64,000 nt of DNA from Heterodontus francisci (lineage: Eukaryota): positions 42,874,430 to 42,938,429 of the forward strand of contig NC_090399.1 of assembly GCF_036365525.1 (NCBI RefSeq). The letters are read 5' to 3'. Of the stretch, positions 44,625 to 56,271 are shown in pieces. Each line of letters opens with the position of its first letter. The first letter of the stretch is position 1. The translations under genes and the position numbers were made by a program. A model generated the notes under the pieces. That model saw only the letters and a program-made list of their open reading frames with translations. It was not told where the DNA came from and ran no database searches.

Positions 44625-44673
44625 CTGCAGAGACCCCTCCACACAGAAGGACCAGCACTATCAGTCCAATCAT
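44625..44673 (-). CDS. Signal-peptide (leader) exon, probably of an MHC class I heavy-chain gene: MIGLIVLVLLCGGVSA-G|
   Basis: Minus strand GCAACA ATG ATT GGA CTG ATA GTG CTG GTC CTT CTG TGT GGA GGG GTC TCT GCA G|GTGAGT. A at -3, hydrophobic core, V-S-A cleavage motif, consensus phase-1 donor. Resembles shark class I leaders as recalled and sits under an SXY-type promoter. Too short for the ORF track. Lineage cannot be assigned. Confidence 0.75.
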
Positions 44674-44771
44674 TGTTGCTTCCCTCGACAAGCTGAAAGG
44701 AGCAGTTTGTGGGAAATCCTTTTCCAAAAAACCTTTGCTTCTCAGTCTGTGAGCTGTGTCCTGTACTGATG

Positions 44772-44904
44772 ATATTAAACTCTGTTCCAGTTTCCTCAGA
44801 CTGATTGGTTTGACATAAGTTAATGTCCAATCAGAATTAAAACAAACTATGAATCATCAGGCTCCAGGCGGAATAGTTTCAGACAGTTTGATTCGGGGAT
44901 CCCC
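44772..44904 (-). promoter_or_regulatory. MHC-type proximal promoter: kappaB-like site, X1/X2, Y box, CCAAT box, TATA-like element
   Basis: Minus-strand order: GGGGATCCCC (44,895-44,904); X1-like CCTGGAGCCTGATG (44,855-44,868; 9/14 to HLA-DRA X1 CCTAGCAACAGATG); overlapping X2-like TGATTCA; 20-nt spacer; Y box CTGATTGGAC (44,825-44,834); AACCAATCAG (44,801-44,810); TTTAATAT (44,772-44,779), about 100 nt above the ATG. Confidence 0.72.
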
Positions 44905-45009
44905 AACAAACTTAACAAATATCGTGAACTATCCAAATCAGAGAAATACTGATAGTTACATCACCAGTTGTCAGGGAGGATAAACGTTTGCTACAAAAAG
45001 TGAGAAGAT

Positions 45010-45286
45010 TATTACGAACAGGAGGTGGTCAGTCAGCTCTTCGGGCCTGTTACACTATTCAAATAGATCATTGCTGATCCTGTATCTTAATTCCATTTTC
45101 CTGGCTCTGCTCCATATCCCTTGATACCGTTATCCAATAATATTCAATTAATCTTAGTCTGAAACGCTCCAATTGTCCCACCTTTCACAACTATTTTGAG
45201 GAGAGAGTTCCAAATGTTTATTACCCTTGTTGTGAAAATGTGCTTCCTGACTTCCTTCCTAAACAGCATAGCTCGAATTTTAAGAT
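45010..45286 (-). mobile_element. Old CR1 3' fragment
   Basis: Reverse complement resembles CR1 terminal sequence (RKEVRKHIFTTRV..IWNSL-like, then a 3'UTR with CAGGCCCGAAGAGCTGA). Confidence 0.6.
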
Positions 45287-47480
45287 GATAGATTCATAGA
45301 GTCATTCATGTCATAGGAGGAGGCCATTCGCCCCATTGAGTCCATGCCAGCTCTCCACGGAGCAATTCAGTCAATCCCACTTTTCCACTTGATCCCCGTT
45401 GTCCTGCAAATGTTTAGTTCAGTTTAGAGATACAGCACTGAAACAGGCCCTTCGGCCCACCGAGTCTGTGCCGACCATCAACCAACCATTTGTACTAATC
45501 CTACACTAATTCCATATTCCTACCACATCCTCACCTATCCCTATATTCGCCTACCACCTACCTATACTAGGGGCAATTTATAATGGCCAATTTACCTATC
45601 ACCTGCAAGTCTTTTGGCTTGTGGGAGGAAACCGGAGCACCCGGAGAAAACCCACGCAGACACAGGGAGAACTTGCAAACTCCACACAGGCAGTACCCGG
45701 AATTGAACCCGGGTCCCTGGAGCTGTGAGGCTGCAGTGCTAACCACTGCGCCACTGTGCCACCCCAGGAAGGAAACGTATTTCCTTCAACTGCCCATCCA
45801 TTTTCCACCACCCTCATGGGCAGTGAGTTCCAAGTCATTACCACTCAATGCGTAAAAAAAATTCTTCCTCACATTCCCCCTGCATCATTTCCCCAAAGCT
45901 TTCAATCTGTGTCCCCCTAGTCCTTGTTCGATTAGTTAATGGAAACAAATTTTCCTTGTCTACCTTATCAAAGCTTGTCATAATCTTATACACTTCTATT
46001 AAATCTCCCCTCAATCTCCTTTGTTTTAAGGAGAATAACCCCAGCTTTCTCAACCTAAACTGATAACTAAAATCCTCCATCCCTGGAACAATTCTGGTAA
46101 ATCTCCTCTGCACCGTCTCAAGGATTCTTACATCCTTCCCGAAGTGTGGTGACCAGAACTGGATGCAATTCTCCAATTGGGGCGTCACCAGAGCTTTGTA
46201 AAGGTTCAGCATAACTTCCATGCTTGTGTACTCAATGCCTCTGTTTATGAAGCCCAAGATCCCATCTGCTTTGCGAACCACTCTCTCAATATGTCCTTCC
46301 AAGGTTGATGCACATGCACCCCCAGATCCCTCTCTTCCTTCACATTCTTTAGAACTGTGCCATTAAGTATATATTGCCTCACCCTATCCCTGCAGCCAAA
46401 ATATATCACCTAACACTTATCTGTATTAAATTCTATCTGCCACCTGTCTGCCCATTCTGCTAGCCTATGTCCTTTTGCAGGCAGTTTATATCATCCTCAC
46501 TGTTTGCCACTCCTCTAAGTTTGGTATCAGTGGCAAATTTGGAAATTCTACTCTGTATTCCAAGATCCAAGTCATTTATCTATAGCAAAAAAAGCAGTGG
46601 TTCCAGCACTGACCCTTGGGGAACATCACTGTCTACCATCCTCCAGTCTGAAAAACAGCCATTTACCACCACTCACTGTTCTCTGTACTTAAGCCAATTT
46701 TCTATCCCATTAGACTCCAACCCTCCTATTCCATGAGCCTCAATTTTGTTAACCACAATTTTTTGCGGTACCTTATCAAACATTTTCTTAAAATCCATAT
46801 AAATAACATCCATCGCATTCCCTTCATCAACTTTCTCTGTTACTTGATCCAAAAATTCAATTTGATTAGTTAAGCATGATCTGCCTTTTACAAATCCATG
46901 CTGCTTCTCCTTAATTCACTCAAACCTCTCCAAGTGCCTGTTGATTTTTACCCTGATCATTGTTTCTAAAACCTTACCCACCACTGATGTTAAACTAACT
47001 GGCCTGTAGATGCTCAGACTGTCCTTACACCCTTTCTTGAATAAGGATGCCACATTTGACACTCTCTAATCCTCTGGCACCTGCCCCATATCCAGGGAAG
47101 ATTGGAAGATTATGGCAAGCCCTTCCACTAGCTCCACCCCCATTTTCTTTCGCAAACTGGGATGCAACCAGTGATTTATCTACCCAAAGCATCACCAGCC
47201 TTTTTCGTAACCCTCCCTCTCTATTTTTACCCTATCTATTGCCCCTCCTCTGATATTTTGTCAGATTCTACTTCCTTAGTAGCCAACAATACAAAGTATT
47301 CATTAAGTATTCTAGCCTTGCCCTGTGCCATTAGGCCCTTAATAGGCCCCACTCCATCTCTTACTACCCGCTTACTAGTTCCATGAAGATTTTTGGGTTC
47401 CCTTTTATGTTGACAGTCTTTCTATTCTCATATTCTCTCTTTGCCAGTCTTATTTTCCTCCTCACCACCCCTCTCAATTA
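45287..47480 (-). mobile_element. CR1 LINE, RT-containing 3' half, degenerate, interrupted by an HE1 SINE
   Basis: ORF 45838-46302 GILGFINRGIEY..NLYKALVTPQLENCIQFWSPHF..LRGDLIEVYKIM; upstream reverse-strand VPQGSVLEPLLF and ISKFATDTKL; 3' tail (CTATGA)-like at 45,287-45,310. Confidence 0.92.
45413..45764 (-). mobile_element. HE1-type tRNA-derived V-SINE, full length
   Basis: Minus strand GGGTGGCACAGTGGCGCAGTGG (A box)...GGTTCAATTCC (B box), V-core GTGTCTGCGTGGGTTTTCTCCGGGTGCTCCGGTTTCCTCCCAC, LINE-derived tail GGCCGAAGGGCCTGTTTCAGTGCTGTATCTCTAAACTGAACTAAA. Confidence 0.93.
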
Positions 47481-47487
47481 ATTGCAT

Positions 47488-48047
47488 TGGGCTTCTCTTT
47501 TATCCTCCCCTCCCATCTCACTGTGCTCTCACTTTCTGAGCTGCTCTTTTATCCTCCTCACCAGTCTCACTGTGCTCTCACTCTCCGAGCTGCTCTTTTA
47601 TCCTCCTCACCAGTCTCACTGCGCTCTCACTCTCCGAGCTGCTTTTCTATCCTCCCCGCCAGTCTCACCGTGCTCTCACTCTCCAAACTGCTCTATTATC
47701 CGCCTCCCGCCGGTCTCACTGTGCTCTCGCTCACCGAGCTCCTCTTTTATCCTCCTCGCCGGTCTCACTGTGCTCTCACTCTCCAGGGCTGCTCTTTTAT
47801 CCTCCCCGCCAGTCTCAGTGTGCTCTCACTCTCCAGGGCTGCTGTTTTATCCTCCCCGCCAGTCTCAGTGTGCTCTCACTCTCCAGGGCTGCTCTTTTAT
47901 CCTCCCCGCCAGTCTCAGTGTGCTCTCACTCTCCAGGGCTGCTCTTTTATCCTCCCCGCCAGTCTCAGTGTGCTCTCACTCTCTGAGCTGCTCTTTTATC
48001 CTCCCCGCCAGTCTCACTCTCCGAGCTGCTCTTTTATCCTCCCCGCT
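47488..48047. repeat. 49-50 bp pyrimidine-rich minisatellite (about 11 copies)
   Basis: Unit GCTGCTCTTTTATCCTCCCCGCCAGTCTCAGTGTGCTCTCACTCTCCAGG, near-exact 50-bp period at about 47,770-47,985. Confidence 0.95.
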
Positions 48048-48079
48048 GATATTTTCCTTGCTCTCAATTTCTCCACCAC

Positions 48080-48830
48080 AGGAAATAGTTGCCCTGTATT
48101 AACACTGTCAAATCCTTTTAACATTATAAATATCTCAATCAGATCATCCCTCAACCTTCTATACAAGGGGACTACAAGCCGAGTGTATGTAACCTCCCTT
48201 TATGCTCTGGTATCATTCTGGTCAATCTGCACTGCATCCCCTCCAAGAACAATATATCCTTGCTGAGGGGCGGTGCCCAGAACTGAACACAGTTCCTCTA
48301 GGTGGGGTCTGACCAAGGCTCCGTCCACCTGAATCATCACTTCCTCCACTTTGCATTCCAGCTCCCTCGAGATAAAGGCCAACATTTCATTAAACAGACT
48401 GGTGAAATGGGCAGATCCACAACAGATACAATTTAATGCAGAGAACTGTTTGAAGTGATGCATTTTGGAAGGAAGAATGAGGAGAGGCAATATAAACTAA
48501 ATGGCACAATTTTAGAGAGGATGCAAGGATGGAGAGAGCTGGTGTGTGTATGTACACAAATCACTGAAGGTGACAGGACAAGGTGAGAAGTCTGTTAAAA
48601 TGCATTTCAGATCCTTGGCTTTATAAGTAGAGACACAGAGTACAAAAACAAGGAAGTTATGAAGTTATGATAAACCTTTATAAATCACTGGTTCGACCCC
48701 AGCTGGAATATCGTGTTCAATCCTGGGCACCAGACTTTGGGAATGATGTCATGGTCTTGGAGAGGGTACAGAGGAGATTTACTGGAATGGGACCAGGGAT
48801 GAGGGAGTTCAGTTAATATGAAGAGACTAT
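48080..48830. mobile_element. Two back-to-back degenerate CR1 RT fragments (minus about 48,080-48,390; plus about 48,390-48,830)
   Basis: Minus: MLAFISRELECK..ALVRPHLE. Plus: AAACAGACTGGTGAAATGGGCA..GAAGTGATGCATTTTGGAAGG and AAACCTTTATAAATCACTGGTTCGACCCCAGCTGGAATAT (LYKSLVRPQLEY). Confidence 0.75.
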
Positions 48831-49099
48831 TCAGTATCCATGGATTATGGATGTTTTTTTCAGATGTGTGTGATTTATTTAATGTTATGTTGAATTGTGC
48901 AGTGCCCCGACTGAACCAATGTGGTTCCAACAACCAATGGGAGGGAATTATTTGGCTTTGAAATTGGGTGACAGATTTAATTGGTCAATAACCTCTCATT
49001 GTAATTTCTATTAGATTGTTCACTTTTAGTCAGTCAGATATCTGAATAGTAACTGAGCAGCTGACTGGTTACTTGAGGCAATACTGAATACTACACTTT

Positions 49100-49345
49100 G
49101 GAGGGTTGAGGAGCTAAAGGGATACACATGGGGAAGGGGGGTAGGTGGAAAAAACAGACACCAGGGGTGGGGGGCTGGGGGAGAGGACACTCAATGGAGG
49201 GGAGGGGAGACACTCGGTGGGGTGTGGGGGTGGGGAGGTGGGAGAGACAACCGGAGAAGGGGGAAAAGTGACACAGAGCTGGGGGGGGGGGGGGGAGAGA
49301 CGCTTGGGGTGAGGGGAGGGGAGGGGACATGTTGAGAGGGCCCGA
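49100..49345 (+). repeat. G-rich low-complexity tract with many G3+ runs including a long poly-G
   Basis: Directly visible, e.g. GGGGTGGGGGGCTGGGGGAGAGG and a poly-G run at about 49,281-49,296. Confidence 0.85.
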
Positions 49346-49409
49346 CACCACAAGGTGCAACACACTGAGGAGCTGTGATATTCTGAAGTGTAAGACTTTG
49401 ATTTTGACT

Positions 49410-49930
49410 CTGGGGTGAGAGTCACTGGGGTGTGATGTTGGGGTGTGATGTTGGGGTGTGATGTTGGGGTGTAACTGCTGGGGTGAGACTCGCTGGGGTG
49501 AGACTCGCTGGGGTGAGACTCGCTGGGGTGAGACTCGCTGGGGTGAGACTCGCTGGGGTGAGAGTCGCTGGGGTGAGAGTCGCCGGGGTGAGACACGCTG
49601 CGGTGTGATGTTGGGGTGTGACTCGCTGGGGTGTGACTCGCTGGGGTGAGAGTCGCTGGGGTGAGAGTCGCTGGGGTGAGAGTCGCTGGGGTGAGAGTCG
49701 CTGGGGTGAGAGTCGCTGGGGTGAGAGTCGCTGGGGTGAGACACGCTGGGGTGTGATGTTGGGGTGTGACTCGCTGGGGTGAGTCTCGCTGGGGTGAGAG
49801 TCGCTGGGGTGAGAGTCGCTGGGGTGAGTCTCGCTGGGGTGAGTCTCGCTGGGGTGAGTCTCGCTGGGGTGAGAGTCGCTGGGGTGTGACTCGCTGGGGT
49901 GAGTCTCGCTGGGGTGTGACCCTCTGGGGC
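49410..49930 (+). repeat. 15-bp (GCTGGGGTGAGAGTC) / 13-bp (GTTGGGGTGTGAT) G-tract minisatellite, about 35 copies
   Basis: GGGG recurs every 13-15 nt with variants GAGAG, GAGAC, GAGTC and GTGAC. Confidence 0.96.
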
Positions 49931-50683
49931 ATGAGGGTGAATACAGAATCTGCTTTTGGGAGATGATTCTGGGCCTTGCTGGTACAGTTGTGGCTCTCAC
50001 TCTGAGTGTCACTGACTTGCTCAATGTGGGGGTTTTATTAGAAGTGAAAGTGGAGGAAACAGTCTCTTCTCGGAAGAAGCTGGACTGCAGCCAGTGACCG
50101 GGCTCTGCACTGTGACTGGGAATGTGTAACAGAATCGTGCTGTCCTCACTGGCAGGATTCAGACCCTGATACTCAGCTAGCTGAAGCGATGTTTCTCTTT
50201 AAAACAACAGCAACTAAACACTTCAAATAATTCACAGGCTGCTTGGCCTTGGAAGAAGTCCTGGGGACATGAACCATGCTGTATAGACGAGAATTTGATC
50301 AACAACTTTCCAAAAAGTTAGTTCAGGGACTTTCCAACAGTGATAAAGATAAGGTAGAGGGCAGCAAGCAAACAACTATATGGGTGGGCCCAGGGGGAGC
50401 AACCACGGAGTGGAACGGGATAGTGTACAGGGTCAAAGTGTACAGTCCGTAGTTTGACCACAGTATTTCAGGGCAGTGAAATCCCTGAAAGAACTTTCTT
50501 CACAGTCTCATTCCCAGCCTTTACCCCATTCAGCCATCACCCCATTTCCCCCACTCAGTAATAAACACTAATTGTGGAAATAAACCACAAACCTGGTAAA
50601 ATACTGTACACACAGAAATATACCGTACATCCAATAATAAACACAACACCCAAAAGTATACAGTGCACTCAGTAATAAACCAT

Positions 50684-51233
50684 CTTCTCCTTCTTCTTCT
50701 TCTTTGGCCTCCTTGTGTTGGGAGACAATGGGTAAGCGCCTGGAGGTGGTCAGTGGTTTGTGGAGCAGCGCCTGGAGTGGCTATAAAGGCCAATTCTAGA
50801 GTGACAGACTCTTCCACAGGTGCTGCAGATAAAATTGGTTGACGGGGCTGTTACACAGTTGGTTCTCTCCTTGCGCTTCTGTCTTTTTTCCTGCCAACTG
50901 CTAAGTCTCTTCGACTCGTCACACTTTAGCCCCGCCTTTATGGCTGCCCGCCAGCTCTGGCGATCTCAAACAACTGACTCCCACGACTTGTGATCAATGT
51001 CACAGGACTTCATGTCGCGTTTGCAGATGTCTTTAAAGCGGAGACATGGACGGCCGGTGGGTCTGATACCAGTGGCGAGCTCGCTGTACGATGTGTCCTT
51101 GGGTATTCTGCCATCTTCCATGCGGCTCACATGGCCAAGCCATCTCAAGCGCCGCTGACTCAGTAGTGTGTATACGCTGGGGATGTTGGCCGTCTCGAGG
51201 ACTTCTGTGTTGGAGATACGGTCCTGCCACCTG
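50684..51233 (-). mobile_element. RTE-clade LINE 3' fragment with target-site duplication
   Basis: WQDRISNTEVL..RRLRWLGHVSRMEDGRIPK..GRPCLRFKD; C-terminal CSTCGRVCHSRIGLYSH; (GAA)n tail; ATAAACCAT at 50,675-50,683 and 51,234-51,242. Confidence 0.9.
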
Positions 51234-51407
51234 ATAAACCATACATGCAATTATAAATTATAGACCCAGTGATTAAACCGCACACCCAGTGACAAACTGC
51301 ACCCTCTCCGTAATAAACCATGCAAGTAATAAACCAGACCCTCCGTAATAAACCTACAGAAGTAATAAACCAGACCCTCCATAATAAACCACACAATTAA
51401 TAAACCA

Positions 51408-54040
51408 TGATGATGGTATCTGTCCGTCTCTGGAGACAATGGACTTTGTCCAGGGTGTGTGTCATTTCTGAATTGAACAGCATCTGTTGTGGCTGTAGAG
51501 GCTGACTCGTGAGTGGCATTCCCTTACACAGCTGGCACAGATGAACAACATTGGCCCAAGGTTTGTTTCTGTTTTTTTTCCTTCTGCCGGCCTCTCTTTT
51601 CTGCCATCATTTATTTTGTCTTCTGCTTTTTCCACACTCTTCCTGACTGCCTTTCTCCAGACACTCCAGTCAGTGTAGTATAATGGCCTGAAAGGGTTAA
51701 TGTTTGAGACAGTGAGAGTAAACCACTCCCATGCCAGTGATGAGGATGTAATGGTCACATGGGTATTAGGCTGGGAAGATGCTAGAAGCAGCACGAGGTG
51801 TGTTGGCTAGACAGGCTTGTGGAGAGTGTAAATAGTTATACGTTTATAATAAACAAGTTATTCATTAACCCTGCAAAGACTCTGAAACTTCTGTTAACAA
51901 CATTCAATCCAGGCTACAACAATACCCAAGAGTCAGCAGCAAGGACTTCCCACACATCGACTCTGATCCCCGTCAATTTGAGGTCTAGCTTTCAGACATC
52001 CTTGTATTGCAGACATGGATGAACTGTTGGTCTCGGCTGATAGCACGCTCGCTGTAGAGCATGTCTTTGTGTATGCAGCCATCAACCATCACTCATTCAG
52101 CTCACATGACCCAGCCAACGGATTTGCCGCTGACACAAGAGGACAAACATGCTGGGGATCCCTATACACCGGTATACTTCTGTATTCGACACACTGTCCT
52201 GCCAGGAGATGCCCAATATCTGTCTGAGGCAGCAGAGCTGGAAGCTATTCAGCCACTTTTCTTGGCTTGCATAAGTTGTCCTTGTTTCGTTACTATAAAG
52301 GAGGGTGCTGAGAACACAAGCCTGGTACACGCAGAGCTTTGTATTGTCGGTTAGTTTGCTGTCGGTCCACACTCACCTTCTCAACTTTAACATGACAGCT
52401 GCGGCCTTGGCAATGCTGATGCTGATTTCGGCATCAAAGGGGCAGGTTGCTGGTGATTGTTGATCCAAGGTATGTGAAGCTGTCAATGACCTCCAGAGTG
52501 AGGTTGTCCATGTTGATGGAAGATGGAGTCTCCATGTCCTGGCACATAACTTTTGTCTTCCTGACACTGATCGTCAGTCTAAACTCCTTGCAGGCCCGGG
52601 AGAACTGATCTACAAGTTTCTGTAAGTGAATGTCATTATGGGATGTCAGCGCAGTGTCATCAGCAAACAGCAATACACAGACTAGGACTTCATGCACTTT
52701 GATCTTGGTGCGCAGTCTTGCCAAGTTGACCAGCTTACCATCAGCTCTGGCATGGAGGTAGATGCCCTCATTTGAGTCGCCAAAAGCGTACAATAGCAGC
52801 AAGGAGAAGAATATGCCAAAGAGAGTTGGCGCCAGGATACAGCCCTGCTTTACCCCACTGCTGACTGTGAAAGTGTCTGATGTTGCTCCATTGTAACTGA
52901 TGGAATTGTGCATGTTCTCATAGAAAGAAGAAGTAACACCCAGGAGTCCAGGAGCACAGCCTATTTTCCACAGCAGTTTGAAGAGTGCGTCTCTGCTGAC
53001 AAGATGGAAGGTCTTGGTGAGGTCTATGAAGGAAATGTCGAGCGGTCTGTGCTGTTCATGGCACTTCTCCTGTAATTGCCGAAGTGAGAAAATCATGTTG
53101 ACTGTTGACCTGCCAACTCTGAAGCTGCACTGAGACTCAGGATAGATGTGTAATGCCGGGGTCTGCAATCTGGTCAGAGTAACTGGTCACAGTAATTGTT
53201 GCAGTCACTGTGATCCCCGTTAGTTTTGTACAAGGTGACAATGTATGCATGATGCATATCTTGAGGCACAGATCTTTCCTTCCAACAGAGACACAAGAGT
53301 TCATGGAGATGTTACAGAAGCGCGGGTTTTCCGATCTCTTTTCTTCCATGCAATGAGTGCAGAGTTATAGATGGTGACATGCAGATGATCCCATTTTGAC
53401 ACCGCACTCTGGTTTTGGGCATTGTTATCTGAAAGAGTCTGATCGAGGATGTTGAGGAACTCTTGGGTCCTGTTTGGGTCAGTGGTACAGCAAGTGTTGA
53501 TCCGAGGACGACCTTTCTTCTTGAATTGGTATCATTTCCTTGGCTGAAACCTGACCTTGCTACACATCAGAGAGTGGTCAGTGTCACAGTCAGCACTGTG
53601 ATAGCTGTGAGTGATGAGGACACTATTGAGGGTGGTACGTCTGGTGATAAGGTCTAGCTGGTGCCAGTGGCCTGATCTCGGATGTCTCCAGGACACCTTG
53701 TGACACGGCTTGACCTGGAAGGAGCTGCTCATCACACACAGTCCATGGTGACAGCATAACTCCAGCAACCTCTGTCCATGTTCGTTCATCTTGCTAATCC
53801 CCTGGTACCTCTGCACATTGGCCAAGCTGTGTAGTTGGTACCCACCCTTGTGTTGAAGTTCTCTAGAAATACAGGTGCTGGGAATTCTGCTGATGGCAGC
53901 ATCAATTATCTCACAGATCTGATACTTGCCATCGTGAGTGGAGGTGAGTGTCAGGAAATTGATGTACATGTGGTTAACTGGGCTCACGCTTGTTGACAAC
54001 TGAAGAGTAAGAAGTCTCTCTCAGCCTTCTGTGGGCTCAA
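51408..54040 (-). mobile_element. RTE-clade LINE, endonuclease to 3' end, degenerate and internally deleted
   Basis: KMNEHGQRLLELC..KVSWRHPRSGHWHQLD..ADCDTDH (EN); PESQCSFRVGRST..FIDLTK..GVKQGCILAPTLF..LLFADD..FTYLGS (RT); CASCVRECHSRVSLYSH; (TCA)n tail. Confidence 0.93.
51674..51930 (+). mobile_element. Short solo-LTR-like insertion within the RTE LINE
   Basis: Interrupts contiguous RTE sequence; starts TGTAGT, contains AATAAA; AGTCAG repeated at 51,668-51,673 and 51,931-51,936. The 3' CA end is not clean. Confidence 0.55.
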
Positions 54041-55230
54041 TCATCGCACATCAGTGGTGTCATATGTCCACATACTATGCACCTCTAAAGTGTTTCCACA
54101 TGCTACCTCACAGAGAGGTCAAGGGGCACCAAATGCTTTGGGGTGTTGTAGCAAGCGTGAAGTCTTGATGTTAGGATGCAGCAAAGATGGAAAGCTGCAG
54201 TGAGTGAAGGAATAAAACTGTGCAAGAATTGCTGCCTTCTCTGAGGCTTGAAGTCAGGCCCTTCAGATTCTGAGACCGACACTCTGTCTACTGCATGTGT
54301 TCAAAAGGCCATGTGACCAAGTAGCACAGCTTGCACGATAGTCCAAACCATAATGCAAAGTTTGCATAAATCTGCGAGCCAGACAGGAGTCAAAGCTATC
54401 AGCTCCCGATCCATAGTCAGACGTGTTACCCAGGCTGTGGAGCCTGGTGGCTCACAGTCCACAGAACTGCGGCATTAATAAGTAGACAAAGCCCCGAGTG
54501 GCTAAAGGAGCATGGTGAAAAATCAGTGAGGTTTGCTGCTTTCCTTTGATATCTCATCTGGTAGAGTGGAGGACTCCAGAGGAAAACAAAGCAAAGTTAT
54601 CCTGAAATCGCTGGTTCATTTCCGGCTCGAAGGAGTGTATGCCATTTTGGAGTAAGTGTGTATTGGCAGCAATTAGCTGAAGGCTGCACTCTGAACTTGA
54701 CGAATAGAGATGTACTAGAAATGTAAACAACCCAAATGTAAACAGAACAGGGAAGGAAAGCATAGAAAAGAATAAAGTGAGGGAGGACTTTGATGGTAAA
54801 GAAATGCATAGAATTATAGAACAGGAGTCTAAAAGATGGTTGAACATAAAGTGATAGAAAATCCTATTAAAAATAAGTTAAAATATCTGTGGTGCAATGC
54901 CCACAGTATCTGTAATAAAACAGGTGAGCTGGAGGCAATCGTGTATTGGGAGGAACCAGATGTAGTTGGGATGAGTGAGACATGGCAACTGAAAATTCAG
55001 GGACTGGGAATTAAACATTGCAGGGTATAACATATTTAGAAATGATAGAGAGGGAAAAAAGGAAGGTGGAGTACTTACATTGATTAGGAATAGCATAATG
55101 GCAGCAGAAAAAAAGGGATGCAGCTATTTGCAAGACAGAATTAGAATTCATATGGATAAAGATAAAAGATAACAAATGATCAATCTACAGACCCCCACCT
55201 AATATTGGAAGGGAGATGTAGGAAGAAATA

Positions 55231-56267
55231 TGGTTACGACCAAGGCGGGAGAAATGCACTGTTAATTCAGTCCCACTTCTCCATGGGTCACAGCACATCA
55301 ATAAGTTTTTTCCACCAACCGAAGAATAGCCAATTAGATTCTATTTGTCCCCCAGAATAAAGCGCACCAACCAGGTTTCTTTAAACAACAACAACACTAA
55401 CTATTTTTTTAAAAAGTCTTTACCACTAATGAGATAAATCTATATATATGAAAGCTCCTTATTTCCCTAATCCTCATGTACACACATACATTAAAAAAAA
55501 CAGTTAAGTGGGAAAAAAAGGTTTTGGTTTGTTAGGAATAGAATGAATAATAAATCAGTTTGTCACGTTCTGGTAGGGTATTCTTCAGTTAGGTGAGGTG
55601 TCCCAGAGTCGCATAGTCAGACGCCACAGGAAGACTCTCCAGGCGAGGTTGATGAGCAGTCTACAATGGATAGGCATTCAAGGCATTTCAGCTACAGCAG
55701 ACATCACATAGGTTTTTCAGCAGGAGCGTAGCAGCAGCTCTGCTTTGGACGCACAGCAGCAGGTTCCAGGATTTCCCAAAACACAGGAGGAAACAGGAAC
55801 CACACAGGATGCAGGAATTCTTCAGAGACAGGAGGCAATAGGAATCTGCCAGCTTTCAAATACAGGGTTTCTTTTCACTGGATGCAAGTTTCCTTTTCAG
55901 AGAGTGGTATTTTCTGGGTCTTCCACTTTGATTTCCAGGCAGGTCAGAAACCAAATTTCAAATGCCTGCTCTTTGTCCAACTCACTGGTTTTAAAAGAGT
56001 CCAAAGTGAAAGTAAATCTTCCTGAGCTGATCACATGACCAGACACAGTGTCTCCCCTGTCATTTACAGTGTTGCTCTGAGGAGTTCAAAGACCCCTGAC
56101 TGGCTTCCTTGAAACTGCTTGCTTTCCTATTCTTGTATACAAGTCAACATCGAAAAATTTCAGATATTTGCAGGTGTCCATGTCTACCGAAAATCCTTTT
56201 TTTCAGTTTTTATTTTAAAACACACAGAATTCTAAGATTTTAGTACAAAAATAAAACCTCTTGTAAA
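55231..56267. mobile_element. Probable solo LTR (about 1.04 kb)
   Basis: Non-coding block interrupting the CR1; ends (T)GGTTACGACC ... CTTGTAAA resemble degenerate TGTTACG..CGTAACA termini; AATAT on both sides. Confidence 0.5.
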
Positions 56268-56271
56268 AATA

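Noticed and set aside
44621-44830. 69-aa minus ORF MDINLCQ.. overlapping the leader
   Set aside because: Different frame from the signal peptide, runs through promoter motifs, and has no recognisable features.
45690-45764. tRNA gene
   Set aside because: The A and B boxes belong to the head of an HE1 V-SINE, followed by the V-core and a LINE tail.
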